From contig MU054391.1 in assembly GCA_013239625.1 (NCBI GenBank), positions 3,501,130 through 3,565,129 on the forward strand: DNA of 64,000 nt, in the 5' to 3' direction. The notes below the pieces were generated by a model that was given only the letters and a program-made list of their open reading frames with translations, ran no database searches and had not been told where the DNA came from. Shown here one piece after another: positions 26,151-39,058 of the stretch (positions are counted from its first letter, which is position 1; every line of letters begins with the position of its first letter). The position numbers and the translations under genes are program-made. Source of the DNA: Lama guanicoe. Its lineage: Eukaryota.

Positions 26151-27964
26151 TCATTTCTGTTTGCTTGTTTTGTTTACCCCAAAATGAAACAGAACTACAA
26201 CTTCAAACAGAGTAAATGATAAATAAGCCCTATTGATTGCATAATGATATCCTACGGCTGCATTTATTGGGAAGATAAAAAGTTTAAATGCTACAATTTA
26301 TCACTAAATCCAGATATTTTATGAAGTGCAAAACTTAAAGATGATTTGACTAATGCTACCAAGCTGTCCTTTGAAAAATGTTATTTTGTTAGTATATTAC
26401 TTTCAAATATTAAAAATTATCAATTTAAAGGAACAATAACATTCCAAGTTGTTTTAACTAGTGTACCCTCAAGGGTTTTCTTCCAATTCTACTTTTAAGT
26501 TATCAAAAGAACTTTTCATGCTTCCCTTGAGAAACTGAACAAGGATGTCGTCTCTCTGAAATATAGAGAAATCAGTGACACCATAGAAATTCATACAATG
26601 TTTAATATGAGTCAGAATTGATGCTGATTGACTAGGAGTTTTTCTTTTTTCATCATTGGATGAAATGTAAAATATATTGATGAAGAAATCAAAGATAAAT
26701 GAATACAGAAGGCAGGAATGAGCCATAACTCTACCCACTGACCATTGGTGTACATAAACACATTCCTTATGATTAAAACTTTTTTAATAACAAAGAATCC
26801 TGATACATATCACAGCTATTTAACATTCATCTAAAAAATTATGATTTTTTTAATTAAAAAAAATATTTTAAAACAGGAAAATGTAGAATTAACCCTTACT
26901 GAATGTGGTATACGGGCAAGTCTTTCTATTTTGCTTTCATTCTCAATTTTCCTAGCCTGCTGTTGAGAACATAATTGTATAGGGTTCCAAGAAAGCAATA
27001 TGGCAGTGTGTTCCCGTCTTGAGCAGGTAATTGCAGTGCTAGGAATCTAGTCTAAGAAAATATCCATTCATAAGTACATGGTGGGATTTACGTACATTGA
27101 ACTATTCATTAAAGTGTAAGTTATGTAACGGTAGATTCAACTGAGACACTTTTCTTCTCAGGTACAACTGGAGCCTCCAGAACAGAGAACAAAGCAGTAG
27201 GTTCCAAGTGTGCCCCATCCTGAGGCCCAGTTAAACCCCCAGTCCAGACCTTGTCTCCAGACTTACCCAACAGGGCCAGGTTCTTTTGTGATGTGCTACA
27301 TCAAAAGAGGGTTCCTCTTCCTCATGCACTTATGTTAAGGTATGTGTGACCATTTCTTTCTGTGTGTGTTACCACTAGACCGTAAGGAACTCAGCAGCAG
27401 TAGACTTGGTTAAATATCCTGCATTTATCATCTGTAACCTTTACCACCTCAGAGAGTGAGTACATAGCACCATTTTTACTGTTAAGGCAACTGTCTCATA
27501 AGCATCTCATAAGATGTAGAGCCAGTTCTCCTAGCTTCAAAATCTATGGTGTGAGATAGGAACCATTTTATCCACTTTGCAAATGTCTACCCAGTCCCGC
27601 CATGTCATTTTCCCCTCGTCTTTCCTAAGTTTCCTACTGGTTTTTCCTTCAACCCTGGGCTTAATTGTCCCAGCTGTACCCACCATGAGTGTGGCTGTCC
27701 TGTGTTCATCCCTACGTCTCCTAGAGTCTGTCCCTGCCTTGCCACAGGACACCATGGTCCTGCCCCTCTCTGCACTGTCAGGGGAAGCCCAGACTGAAGC
27801 GGGGCAACGGCCCATAGACCTGAGCTGTGCACGGTTGGCTAAGTCTGTGTTTCATATTTTATTGTTGATTATGGGAGATGATTTTCCTATTTCTGCCAAG
27901 TATTTTATTTAATCTGCTGAAGAATTCTATGCTGTAATAGTTTGCTTTCAGGAGTGGTTACTGT

Positions 27965-28165
27965 ATGTCTTGCTCAGTGCTATGAATATTGCACTTAATG
28001 GTCCAACAACCAGAGAAGAAAGTTGTTATTACTATTATTTCCATTTTGCAGATGAGGAAACCCTGGTACACGTCCGATTAGCACTAGATCCAGGAACAGA
28101 GTGAGATTAACACATGCAGATTAGAGACAGAATGGGTCTGGTCCTGATCCCTGTGACTCTAGGTG
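27965..28165 (-). mobile_element. MIR SINE
   Basis: tattatttccattttgcagatgaggaaac MIR core (antisense). Confidence 0.75.
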
Positions 28166-28437
28166 CTGCATTCTTGTGCCTCTGGGGAATGACACCTAAG
28201 GTCCCTCTGCAGACCTGTTGGCTCTGTGATTGTTCAAGGCAAGTGCTTATGACTGAGAGTGACAGTCAGTGGGAACAGGAGCAAATGCATCTATAAGGAG
28301 TAAAGTGCACAGAACATGAAGACCCAGCCTTGAACTACCATGTCCCCGAGAGAGCCCGACTGTCCCCAGCCCCCAGCCCAGGACCTGGAGCGTGTGTGCA
28401 CTCGGGAAGCAGTGGCCTCGCACCTCGGCATCTGCAC

Positions 28438-28861
28438 TGATGTCATACCCTTTGTGAGCTGGCCTTGAGACGAGTTAATGCCGTGGGACCCAAGGCCATG
28501 GCCAGAGCCTTGAGATAAGTTAAGGCTGTGGGACCCAAGGTCACGACTACAGAGCATGTTTGTAGTATGCAGTAAATAATTGCTCCACGCATGCATCAAT
28601 TATATAAGATTTAGAACAAAGAAAATAGAAGTACGCATGTGCTAGAGATATTCTGTAAGCCTAATGAACAAAGAAACTCAGACCGCGCATGTGTTGACAA
28701 AAAACAGATAAACGCAGGACAGGTGCATCATAGGGGCACCTCCCTGTGGCAATGAAGTGCTGTTAACCCCATGGTGTCTCCGGCTGAAGTCTGTCCAGCA
28801 GTATGGCAACTCCTCGTGCATTTTTTCGTTTGGGCCGCTCACCTCCTAGAACCCCACATCA
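28438..28861 (+). mobile_element. ERV-like solo LTR (about 424 bp), family not identified
   Basis: Inverted termini TGATGT...ACATCA; two internal direct-repeat pairs (periods 45 and 52 bp); degenerate TATA-like (GATAAA) and polyA-like (AATGAA) motifs in LTR order; no clean TSD. Confidence 0.7.
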
Positions 28862-29499
28862 GCCTCCCTCGGCTGACACCCTTCAAACTGTCTTCCCATT
28901 CCGGGGCCCGGGACCAGAGAGCTGTGCATCAGACCTGCACCTGCACAGACAATCCGTAGTTCCCTTGTCACACCTGCCAGCACACACGGACTCAGGCTCC
29001 CGGTAGCAGCAAGTAACGTGTTAGACTGAAAATGCGTCTGGGGTCTTTTCTCTCATCCCAACTCCTTTTGGTAGAAAGGGCAAAGAATCCATACCTTAAA
29101 TTATATATTAAAAAAAAAAGCCCCGGGGAGTGTGAACAAAAATAATGCTTTAATACAAGCTTCTTTTATAAGAGCTTATAGCTCGGGTATTCTCGGAACA
29201 GCAGGGGAAAGAACACATGAATATAAAGGAACATGGCTGCAGCCTTCAGAAAACGTAGCTGTAAGGGTTAATGAGCTGGTATCCGATTGCCAGGGGCCCC
29301 ACATGTTAATTACCGGAAGTCCTCACGAAGTCACTGATGCTGTGGTTAAAGCCAGGTGCCCAGGTCCTCATCACCTTCTCAGCCTTGTCAGCCTTGTCCG
29401 GAAAAGGAATCTGCCTGACTCCAAAGCAGGACAGCTTGGAAGGCCTCTTTGTTACCGGGGACTGCCTTTCCGGGACAAAGCGGTTGGTAAAGCCACGGT

Positions 29500-30360
29500 G
29501 AAAAGGCCTGAGTAGTCCCTGCGGCGGCCCGGGCTTGCATGGCTCTGCACGCCTAGGGGGACGTGCGGTGTGCGCGGAGGTGCCGGAGCGGAGCACCTCA
29601 TAAATAGCTTTACACCAGGGCCTGTTGGTGCCTGTTAGGTGTGAGCCACGCAGCAGGGGCTCCACAGCTCCGAGAAGTTGTGGATTAAAAATTCTGCTGA
29701 GTGAAAACGCAGGCTGCAACTCCAGGTCCCCGGACACCCTCCAAAGATAGAATGATTCTGCTCCTCGTCATCAAACCGAATAGGTAAATGGAAGCTGAGC
29801 GCAGCACAGCGGAGGAGGAGGGCGGGGAGAGGTCTGCCTGTGGGTCTGTTTTCTCCAAGCGTTTAATCAACCCTGGCTGCCCAGTCGGGGTCCCTCCCGA
29901 CCAACTGTAAGGCTCTCACTGGACGCTACATGTATATTTCAACTTCCTTTTCAACAAAATGACTGTGGCTCAGCTTCCTCGGGGCAAGGTCGGCCTCCAT
30001 GTCCAGCCCGTTCATTCGCGAATTTATTCCCATGAAATGATCGCGAGCCGACCATGTGGCCAGACTCTGTCCCAGGCCCGTGGGAAACATCGCCCGACCA
30101 GCAACAGGAGCTGCACCAGCTCTTTGACCTCGTGGAAAGTGCTCTCTAATAGAGACGAGGCGGACAGACCAGGAAGAATATACGTCATGTTTTAAAAGTC
30201 ACGTGCATGGTACATAAAAGAAGGAATGGAGGCTGTGGTTCAGAGGGAGAGAGAGGCTGAGAGGGCGATGGTGTGAGCAGGGCCCGGGGAGCAGGCGTGC
30301 GAGAGGGGGCGGGGTCCCGAATGTGAGTGATGAGGCTACCCCAGCGCCGGGTCCCCTCAG
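29500..30360. promoter_or_regulatory. CpG-rich patch with GC boxes; possible promoter or enhancer
   Basis: Dense CpGs at 29520-29600; CATAAATA at about 29598; GGGCGG boxes at about 29821 and 30307. Confidence 0.35.
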
Positions 30361-30869
30361 ATGAAGAGGTGAACTCCATATGCATCGTTTTATAGCCCAG
30401 GATGAGGCTTGGCTGGAGAGGGTGGTAATACCCAGTTTATGAGATGAAGCGTCCTCCTGTAATGGCAATACGGAAATACAAGCGAAACAAGGCAACCAGT
30501 CAAACAACAAGTCATCTATGACAAATGCAGGCTTTTTCCTTCAATTCCAAACAAGACACCTTGACTCATTAATTTTCTGCACTCTGCTGGCTGGTACCCA
30601 GTAAAATGATAAATAAGAGCGCTGAAGCTGACCATCCTCACCTTGGCCCCAACTTAGAGGAACCACGCTTAATATTTCATCATTAGCTATGAAGTTACCT
30701 GCAGATTTGGGGCAGGTGCCCTTTGTTGGGTTTCACATTGACTGTGAGTTTTTTTCATAAATAGGAGCAGAATTATTGTGTATGCGTTTTCTTTATTTAG
30801 TGAGGTAATCATGTTTACTTCTTCATGTTTTGTTATGTTGAGGCGGTGAACTGCCATTACAGGTTTTTT

Positions 30870-32150
30870 GAATGTTTTACCTACCTGGCATTCGCGGGGC
30901 CCCACTTGCTTCTCTGCTGATATTAAATTCTGCATTTTGGTATGTAGGTTTACAGTAGATATCAGCTATTAATATATTTTTTTCATAAGTTCATTTTAGA
31001 GATTTTTGTGTGAGCTTTAAGCTGGCTCCATAAAATGAACTGAAGTAAATTTTCCCTGCCTCCTTATTATCTAAAATCTTTTGTGGAAGATAGAATTATC
31101 TCTACTAATTTGTATAGAGTCGATCAGTGAAACTTTTGTGCCTGACGTTTTGATTGTAACAAGGTTCTCTTTCTTTCTTACTGCATACTTGATAGTTTAG
31201 TAAGTATAGAGCTAGTCCGATTTTATTCCTTCTTGTGTCTGTTTTGGTTCATTGATTTTTTTTCTTTCAAGATATTCATTCATTTGGCACAGGTTGTTGA
31301 ATTTATTCATATAAAGTTATGATACTGCATAAATATCTTTGAAATTTCTGTAGGATGTGGCAAGATATTTCCTTTTTCACACCTGATGTTGGTAATTTGT
31401 GGGGTTTTTTTCCCTTGAGCATTTTTAATTGGTCAATTGTCACAGAGTTAACTTTTGCCTCTGTTATCTCTCTCTATTATTTGCCTGTGTCTTATTTTAT
31501 TGATCTCTCGTTGGTATATTTAGGACATTCTTCCTTCTGTTTACTTCGTGTTTAAGTCGCTTTCACTTTTCTGGCATCTTTAGATGGAAACATAGATTGT
31601 CAATTCTTAAACTGTTTTCCGTATCAAATCTAAACATGCAAATCTATCAACTTTCCTCTAAGCACTCCTTTAGTTGAATTCCCCAAATGTTGATAGACTG
31701 TCTTTTTATCATAATTATGTTAAAGTACAATCTTATTCCTCTTGTGATGTCCTTTTTGACCTACACTGTGGGTTGTTTAATGTTCAAATACTTGAAAACT
31801 TCCTAGGTCTTTTATTATTATTGAATTTTAATTGTGCCCCATTGTGGAATATCCTTATTCAAATCTATATACTTACTCACTTTTTTATCTAGTTCTGTGC
31901 ATTACTGAGGGTGAAGTGCACCATTTCCAGCTATGATGTGGGCTTCTCTCTTTCTTCTCTTAGTTGTGTCAGTTTTGTTTCATGTATTTCAAAGTGCTGT
32001 CATGAGTACATAAGCATTCTTGATTGCTGTCTTCCTGATGAACTGACTAAATTATTACGTAATGCCCCTAACTTGTCTCTGGTCATACTTCCTGTCTTGA
32101 AGTCTCCTTTGTCCTCTATTTATATATTCACACTAGATTTCTTGTGCTTG
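30870..32150 (-). mobile_element. L1ME ORF2 remnants
   Basis: T-rich antisense L1 ORF2 sequence (gctggctccataaaatgaactg; actttcctctaagcactcctttag; gaagtgcaccatttccagctatgatgtgg). Confidence 0.75.
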
Positions 32151-32159
32151 TTGTTTGCC

Positions 32160-32680
32160 GAACCCTTTTCTAGGACACGAGCCCTACACCTAATATACAG
32201 ACTTGCCGTGGTCTTAGTTAAGACACCGGTGAACATTCCGGACCTCTGCCTCTCTGTTCATTCTCAGCTCTGCAAAGGCAAACTCTGCTCGGCCTCAGGG
32301 AACCTCCCGCATGTGCATGGGGCAGCCTTTGTCCTCTGGCCTGCAGTGAGTCCCCACACAGACTTCCAGGGCCTCCACTCTGCCCAGCAACCTCCTCTCC
32401 CACGCACTGGCCTATAGACTCCCATCCCTGCAGCATCCCAGGACCTCCCTTTCTGCCTTCTCAGCTTAGCCACACAGTTGCTTTGCTTGGGTTCCAGTTC
32501 TTTCCACAGCAGAAGAAAAATGTCCCCAGGCAGAAAGCTGAGGCTGTCGTAGGTTTTCTTGGTGCCCATTCCTTTCCCCAAGGACCACGGTCCCTTTGGA
32601 AGCTGGAGAGCATTCACACCGTAGCTATTGCCCATGCTATTGATGTTTACAGAAGCAGGAGAGGGTCCACTGTGTCATGA
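32160..32680 (-). mobile_element. L1ME 5'-end remnant
   Basis: ccccacacagacttccagggcct...aaaaatgtccccaggcagaaagctgagg resembles recalled L1ME 5' end consensuses. Confidence 0.55.
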
Positions 32681-32759
32681 TCGGAGTTAGAGGCTGGAGG
32701 ACTTATCTTGAGCTAGAGCTCTCTTACGTACTGAGACTACAGTTGTGAGAAAAGTTGAC

Positions 32760-33385
32760 GTAGTGTCCTTTCTCAGGGATCATTTCACATTACGGGGCAG
32801 AAAGACATTAAACCAGGACTTGAGATAATAAAAATGTCCATTGCTCACAAAGGAATATGGTGCCAAGAGGCCATAATGGAGCTGGAAATAAATTCAGGGC
32901 TGGAAGTAGAAATTAGGAAAGCTTCTTCAAGTAAATTATTATTGAATTAAGATCCAAAGGATGAGTATGAATGAACAACGTCAAGCATGGGGGATGCACA
33001 TTAGACTGAAAGGCCGCCCTGCGGCAGGAGGGTGCTTGGAGCGCACCTGTAGCTCACCAAGGTGTGAAGAGTGCCAGGTGGCCAGCACAGAGCAGAAGAG
33101 GTGAGAGGGACACACGGGTGATGAGGCTGGGCATGGCATCTAGACTGTGCTTGGCTCCAGCAGGACCCCGGGAGTCTACTGGGGATACAGGCTTCACGTT
33201 GGGAACGAGATAATCTTTAATAAGCAGGCAGGGATTGGAAGGGAGAGGCATGTGTTCATTTTTTAAATTTGACTCTATTTTAAAATTTAAAATCTTGACT
33301 CTATTTTTGAGAACCTGTTGGAAGAGGTCAGATTGGATAGTTATACCAGATAGGCTGTTATTGCATTACTCCACGTAAATGATTG
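32760..33385 (-). mobile_element. L2 fragment
   Basis: aggaaagcttcttcaagtaaattattattgaattaagatccaaaggatgagta...aggctgttattgcattactccacgtaa. Confidence 0.65.
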
Positions 33386-33584
33386 GGAATGAATTTCTGA
33401 ATATTTTAATATATGTATATTGATACCATAAAAGCCTGATCTATATATACTTCAGGAGCTGGCTGAACTTTTGTGAAACCGAAGTTGATACATTCTTACT
33501 TTCTGAAATTTCTGTTGATAAACTCACGCTAATAAGTCACAGATGTATGCTATTTGCCTCTCAAAGATGTTCTGCCACACTTGG

Positions 33585-33935
33585 CTCAGTTAGTTTTTGC
33601 TGTGTAACAAATTACCCTGAAAAACAATGGCTTAAAATAGTAACCTTTTATTGGTTCTTACAATGCTATGGGTTAGCTGACCTCGGTCTGGGTATCCTGC
33701 CTCCACGTGTCTGGAAGTACATAGGCTGCTTGGCCTGGGGGGACTTCCCTGGGGAAGGCTCCCGTCTACTCCATGGGGTCTTTCCTTCCTAGTAAGCTGG
33801 CCTGGACTCCTTACTGTGGGGTCTCAGTGTTCCATCAAAGCACAAGTCAGAACAAGCCCTGAAGCGCACATGCCGTTCAAGTCCCCGCTCGAGTCCTGAC
33901 TGCTAATGTCCCAACAGCCAAGACAAAGTCAGGAT
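33585..33935 (-). mobile_element. MLT1 (older subfamily) LTR
   Basis: cagttagtttttgctgtgtaacaaattaccctgaaaaacaatggcttaaaa...tgctaatgtcccaacagccaa. Confidence 0.78.
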
Positions 33936-34004
33936 GGGGAGAACTTGCACTACTTGTGGAGTCTACCATACGGGCTCTGAGCAAAGGGGCTGGGGCTTGC
34001 AATG

Positions 34005-34180
34005 AAAGAATGTCTACTTAGTACCAGGCACTTAATCTCTCAAGCCACATCACAACCCTGCGATGTAGGTACTGTCATCACTCTCATTTCACAACTGAAA
34101 ATGGTAGGGCTCATAGAGATGGCATTATGTCAAAAGTCAGAGCCAGAATTCACTCCCAGGCACACCTCTCTTCAAAGTTC
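34005..34180 (-). mobile_element. MIR SINE
   Basis: tcacaaccctgcgatgtaggtactgtcatcactctcatttcaca...cagagccagaattcactcccagg. Confidence 0.72.
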
Positions 34181-34832
34181 AACATGTTCAAAGAAGGTAA
34201 ACCTTTCAGAAATGAGATCGCAGTGCTCTTAAAGAGTGCAGCAGAAAGCCAGGAGACAATCGATTCAGGCACTTGACTCTAGTAAGGATGGAGATATTTT
34301 GTTCTGAAGGATAATCAAATAAGAAATTGCATATAGAAAGAAGCAGATGAGGGGCGCATACTTCAAGGCCTTTAGGAAATCGGAGAAGGGAAAGTTATGC
34401 AGGGTCAGGAGAGGTTTCACTAATAATTGGGCCATTAGCTCGGCTTGAAAGGGTGAAAGTAATCTGAACAGGTTGGAGTGAACAAGAACATTCCTGCAAA
34501 ACAGCAAGATCCCAGATGCACGGAAGGGAAAGTATGAGTTATATGCAGGAAAGAACTGAAGTTACAAGAACCCCACGTGGCCTGGAGCGTGTCCTCCGGG
34601 GAAAAGATGTATAAATGTGGATCTTATCCAGTTCGAAGGGTCACATCATCTTCAAATTCTGGCTCTTCGGGGTTGCCCTCCAAAGCCCTCATACAATTTT
34701 GTTTTCAATTTTTGTCCGGAGTTTCTAATTGTTACCAGTGCGATGTTCAGCTCAGCAGAATACCTCACCTTTACCTGAAGCCTGGCCCTTTAAAGAAGAC
34801 TGTCCTGGGTTAATTGTGATTTGAAATGCACT

Positions 34833-35052
34833 TGGAAGAGAGAAACTGGGAGTTCAAGTTTGCAGATACCAACTACTATATAAAAAATAGATAAACAGCA
34901 AGTTTCTTCCATAGAGCACAGGAAACTATATTCAATATCTTGTAGTCACCTATACTGAAGAAGAATATGAAAATGAATATACGTATGACTAAACCATTAT
35001 GCTGTACACCAAAAATTAACACACTATAACTGACTACACTTCAATTAAAAAA
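34833..35052 (+). mobile_element. 5'-truncated cetartiodactyl-type L1 3' end
   Basis: tactatataaaaaatagataaacagcaag...agcacaggaaactatattcaatatcttgtag...ctacacttcaattaaaaaa. Confidence 0.88.
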
Positions 35053-36190
35053 GCATATTCTTATGTTTGGCATCAAAAGAAAATTAAACTGAAACAGAGT
35101 TTTTAACAGTGACTGTGATCCTGGCTTGCATTCACTCTGTTAACAAAAGTTTATCTAAACAGGCTTCAAAATAGCCTATTTCTCCTGGAAATGCAGAACG
35201 TGGGGCTGAATGCCAGATAAATGAAGATTAGGTTTTTCTCAAGACTGATGAATAAGGAATGAAAAGTTACTTAAGAAATGAAAGTCTTTACAGGATTGAG
35301 CATGTATACATGTGATACGATTATTCAATTTTCAAGTTAACTTATGCAACCAAGGTTTTAAACTAACTTTTTAGATTATCTTTTTCCTTGAAGTCCAGGT
35401 AGACAAAAGAAAATACATTTCTTTACAAATGTCTCTTAATCCTTTCTGGATAATCTTGGGGTTTGAAATATAATCTTGTGTTTTATCTCCTAGGAAACCC
35501 GAACAGTCAGTGTTTAATAGAGTTTTCAAATTAGAAAGAGCTTCTAAAAATATCTCTCCCCATTTAATTTTTCAAAAAGAGAGAAAAAGATAGGCTTATC
35601 GAATGCTTCGAGGTTTCACAGGAAGTGAATATAGAACCAGGATTATATTTCCTTGTACTTAGTTCAAAATTACTTTCCAACATCAAAGCATCCATCTTTA
35701 AACGCTGCCCAATAATGCAATGTAAATTCCGTTCTGCACATGTATTTGTTTATGTAATGCGTATGCACTTCAATTATACCAGCAGATATGACTGACTTCA
35801 CATAATTTTCCTGGGAGGCTTTCAATGTCAAACAAATGAACAAAAATCAAAAAGTCAATGTCAAAAATGGAATGCAATCTGATTCTGTAAATAAGTGGGT
35901 GATCATCACAACTCTACTTCAGGCAAACGCTAATTCCCCACCTGTCATGTATTTATGACAATGTCTCCAAACTCAATGTGACCCTCTCTGGAAGGAGATC
36001 TGTCTCTCTACGTCCTTCCTCATCACCAAAAAGTTTCCTCGCTGCCCTTGCCCTGTCAGTGACCTAAAGCTTCAGAGCGGATGCCAGCGCAGTAGGGAAG
36101 GTGGGCAGGGGCTGGATTTTGTGCATCAGGGCATGTTGGGTGAGTCACGTGGGGAATCTGCTAGTGGTTGGAGCCAGAAAACAACAGTAA

Positions 36191-36870
36191 AACTGCTGGT
36201 GGGGATGCAGATGGCACAGTCACTCTGGAAGACATTTTGGCAGCTTACAAAACTAGGCACACTCTTACCTTAGCATACAGCAGTTGTACTCCTTGGTGTT
36301 TACCCAGATGAGATGGAAACTTATGTCCACATAAAAGCCTGCACTTGAATGTTTATAGCAACTTTATTCATAACTGCCAAAATTTAGACGCAACCAAGAT
36401 TCCCTTCAGTAGGTGAATGGATGCAGTACATCCAGACAAATGAAACATGAAAAGGCATGGAAGAAACGGAAATGCATGTAACTAAGTGAACGACATCAAC
36501 CTGAAAACTGTATAATTCCAATTACATGACATTCTGGAAAAGGCAAAACTATAAAGACAGTAAAAAGTCCAGTGGTTGCCAGGGGCTGGGATGGAGGCAG
36601 AGAGAAAGGCTAGGGGAGCCAGAGAGAACTGTTAGGACAGTGAAAATGCTATAATTACGGGCATAAGTCATTATACACTTGTCCAAGCACATAGAACGGG
36701 CAACACCAAGACTGAACCGTAATATAAACCATGGACTTGGGTGATTCCAATGTGTAAATATCAGTTCATGAATTATAGCAAATATACCATTTTGGTGGGG
36801 AAACAAGTGTATATGGAAACCTCTGTGTCTTCTGCTCAATATCACCGTGAATCTAAAACTGTTCTGGAAA
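36191..36870 (+). mobile_element. L1MC (L1MC1-like) 3' end
   Basis: ctgctggtggggatgcagatggcacagtcactctggaagac...atgacattctggaaaaggcaaaactat...gtgaatctaaaactgttct. Confidence 0.88.
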
Positions 36871-38914
36871 TTTGTTTTGTTTTGTTTGTTTTGTTTTATT
36901 TATGGCCAATGATGAGTCCAGAGACTTAAATGCACTGTGATGTCACTTTCCTTTAAGAAAACCTGGTTTTCACTGAAAAAAAAAAGGCCATATAAAACAC
37001 ACACAAAAAAGATAACATACATCTACATGAATAATGCTTCCCTCGAATTTCACTGAATTTTAATGGCACACTTTTAACAGCTCTAAAATCTGGGGGAATC
37101 TTACAGTCAATGCCAATATACAATTGTCCTCAGCAGCTTTTTCCTTTCTTCTTTGCCTTACTGATTCATAAAATCATCGTGCGCCTAAAGAAACGTGGCG
37201 TCTTCTTTTTAGCTGAGGGTAACTCTAATACTCAGTGCTCAGTGCTGGTATATTGTGGTGGGTCCATGAATGTTTGCAGAGGAGGTCTACACAGATATGT
37301 GTATAAATCCACCGCTAAATTTCAGTGTTTTATAAGCTTGAATTACCAAAAAGAAATCCGGTCCAAGGGGACTAAGAGGAAAGGAGCCACCTTAACGACT
37401 GAGAAAGACTCTCTTTCAATGGAACTAGTTTTCTGTAAGAGAAAGTTTACTGGTGTTTATGTGCCAGGCCTCATGCTCCGAGAAAGCAACCCCTTTCACA
37501 GCTGAAGCATTTTGCAGGCTTCTCCGTGGTTTTCGGGGTTTCCTGGCTACTGACTAGCCACAAAGGTAACATTTATCGAGTTACCCAGGTGAAGTTCGTC
37601 ACTAAATTTTCCATGTTCTTTCTCCCAGAGCCTCCTGGGTTTTGTTTAATGCTACAGGCAGATGGTGCTGAGAAATTTCAGGTGTTAGTTGATGACGTTT
37701 TGGTTTTCTTAATCTCGCACCAAGATTCTTTTTTTCAAGTAGATTAAATCCAACAGTAAATCACGCATGCCTCTCAGCATCGTGGTCTCGTTGGCTCCCT
37801 AATGCCTGTACCAAATATTTGATCTTTGGACCGTAATCACACCTTCCGGCTCTGCCTACAAGCTCTGCCCTTAGAGTACCAGGCACCATCTGCTAAAGTG
37901 ATGTGAGGAGGAAATGAGAAGCAGTTTTATGAATGTTGCAACTGATCAGTTATCAAGTGCTATCCAATTAGCTCATCTCTGATGACAGTATAATGACAGA
38001 TACCTGCCATATCCGTAGCTCCACACCAACACCAAATGTTTCTCTTTGTCAGAAGTCGGGAAGGACAGTACTTCATCCCGGCACAGCCTGGGAAGGCCAG
38101 TCACGCCCCCAGCTCGGCAGCATCTGCCCCGGGTCCTCCTCGCTGGTCACTGAGTATCTGGGGCATCCCCACCCTGTGTCTCTGTATAAAACCATGTCTC
38201 ACATTTGCTCTGAGCAGGATGGAAGCAAGTGAGGACTGTGCGTTCTCTGATGATTTTATACCATCCTGGCCTCAGCTTTTGGCATCTCCTGGAGAAGAGA
38301 GATGGCATGAGGCTGGCTGTTTCCCTCTCTTCTGCTCCAGGAGAGGCTCTCAATCTCTGTCTGCAAAAACAGGGTGTCCAGTGGACGACAGAGAACAAGC
38401 ACTGGGGAGAGGGAGGCTCATCTTCCTTTCCTCCTCATGTCCTGGAGTCGAGAGGTCCTGGGGAGAGAGGAACCCGCAAGAGAGCTCACAGGTAAGGATG
38501 CAGTGGCCGTGATGGCAACACCAATTCTTTTCTTACATTTTTTTCTTGAAAACTAGACATTTTAAGGTAATATAGTATTGTAGCACCTCTGGGCGGAATT
38601 ATTTTGTCCTGAGATTTTTTTTCTTTTCTTGGTGGTGTGTCTCCTTTACTCTCTGTGGTGCTGGCGGGTCCCCTAATTTTCAACTTTCATTTTAGTTTAC
38701 TTTGCTATCTAGCAGCCAGACCCCTGTGTCTAAATTGCTCAGTGATGAGACAACAGCTGGAAAGATGCTCTGCACACACCCTGAAGTCCCTGAAGTGTCT
38801 GCCCCATCGATGGATCTGAATGGACATGTCCATTTTGATGGAAAGAACATCTAAATTATAGGCAGGCTTCCAAACTTCCTGGTTTTTTCTTTCTGCTGGA
38901 GCTTCTTTTATTTT

Positions 38915-39058
38915 TTCTTATTCTTTTACTTATGTTTTTTATTATATATATATATATATATACTTTTTCATATTCTTTTCCATTATAGGTAATTATAAGA
39001 TATCGAGTATAGTTTTCTGTGCTATGCAGTAAGTCACTGTTCATCTATTTTATATATT
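38915..39058 (-). mobile_element. 5'-truncated cetartiodactyl-type L1 3' end with (TA)n
   Basis: tttttcatattcttttccattataggtaattataagatatcgagtatagttttctgtgctatgcagtaag...tctattttatata. Confidence 0.82.

Noticed and set aside
31911..32417. 168-aa ORF
   Set aside because: Antisense reading of L1ME remnants.
37658..37893. Inverted 11-mer GCAGATGGTGC / GCACCATCTGC (E-box pair)
   Set aside because: A few 11-bp inverted matches within 250 bp are expected by chance in 64 kb, and there is no other supporting structure.
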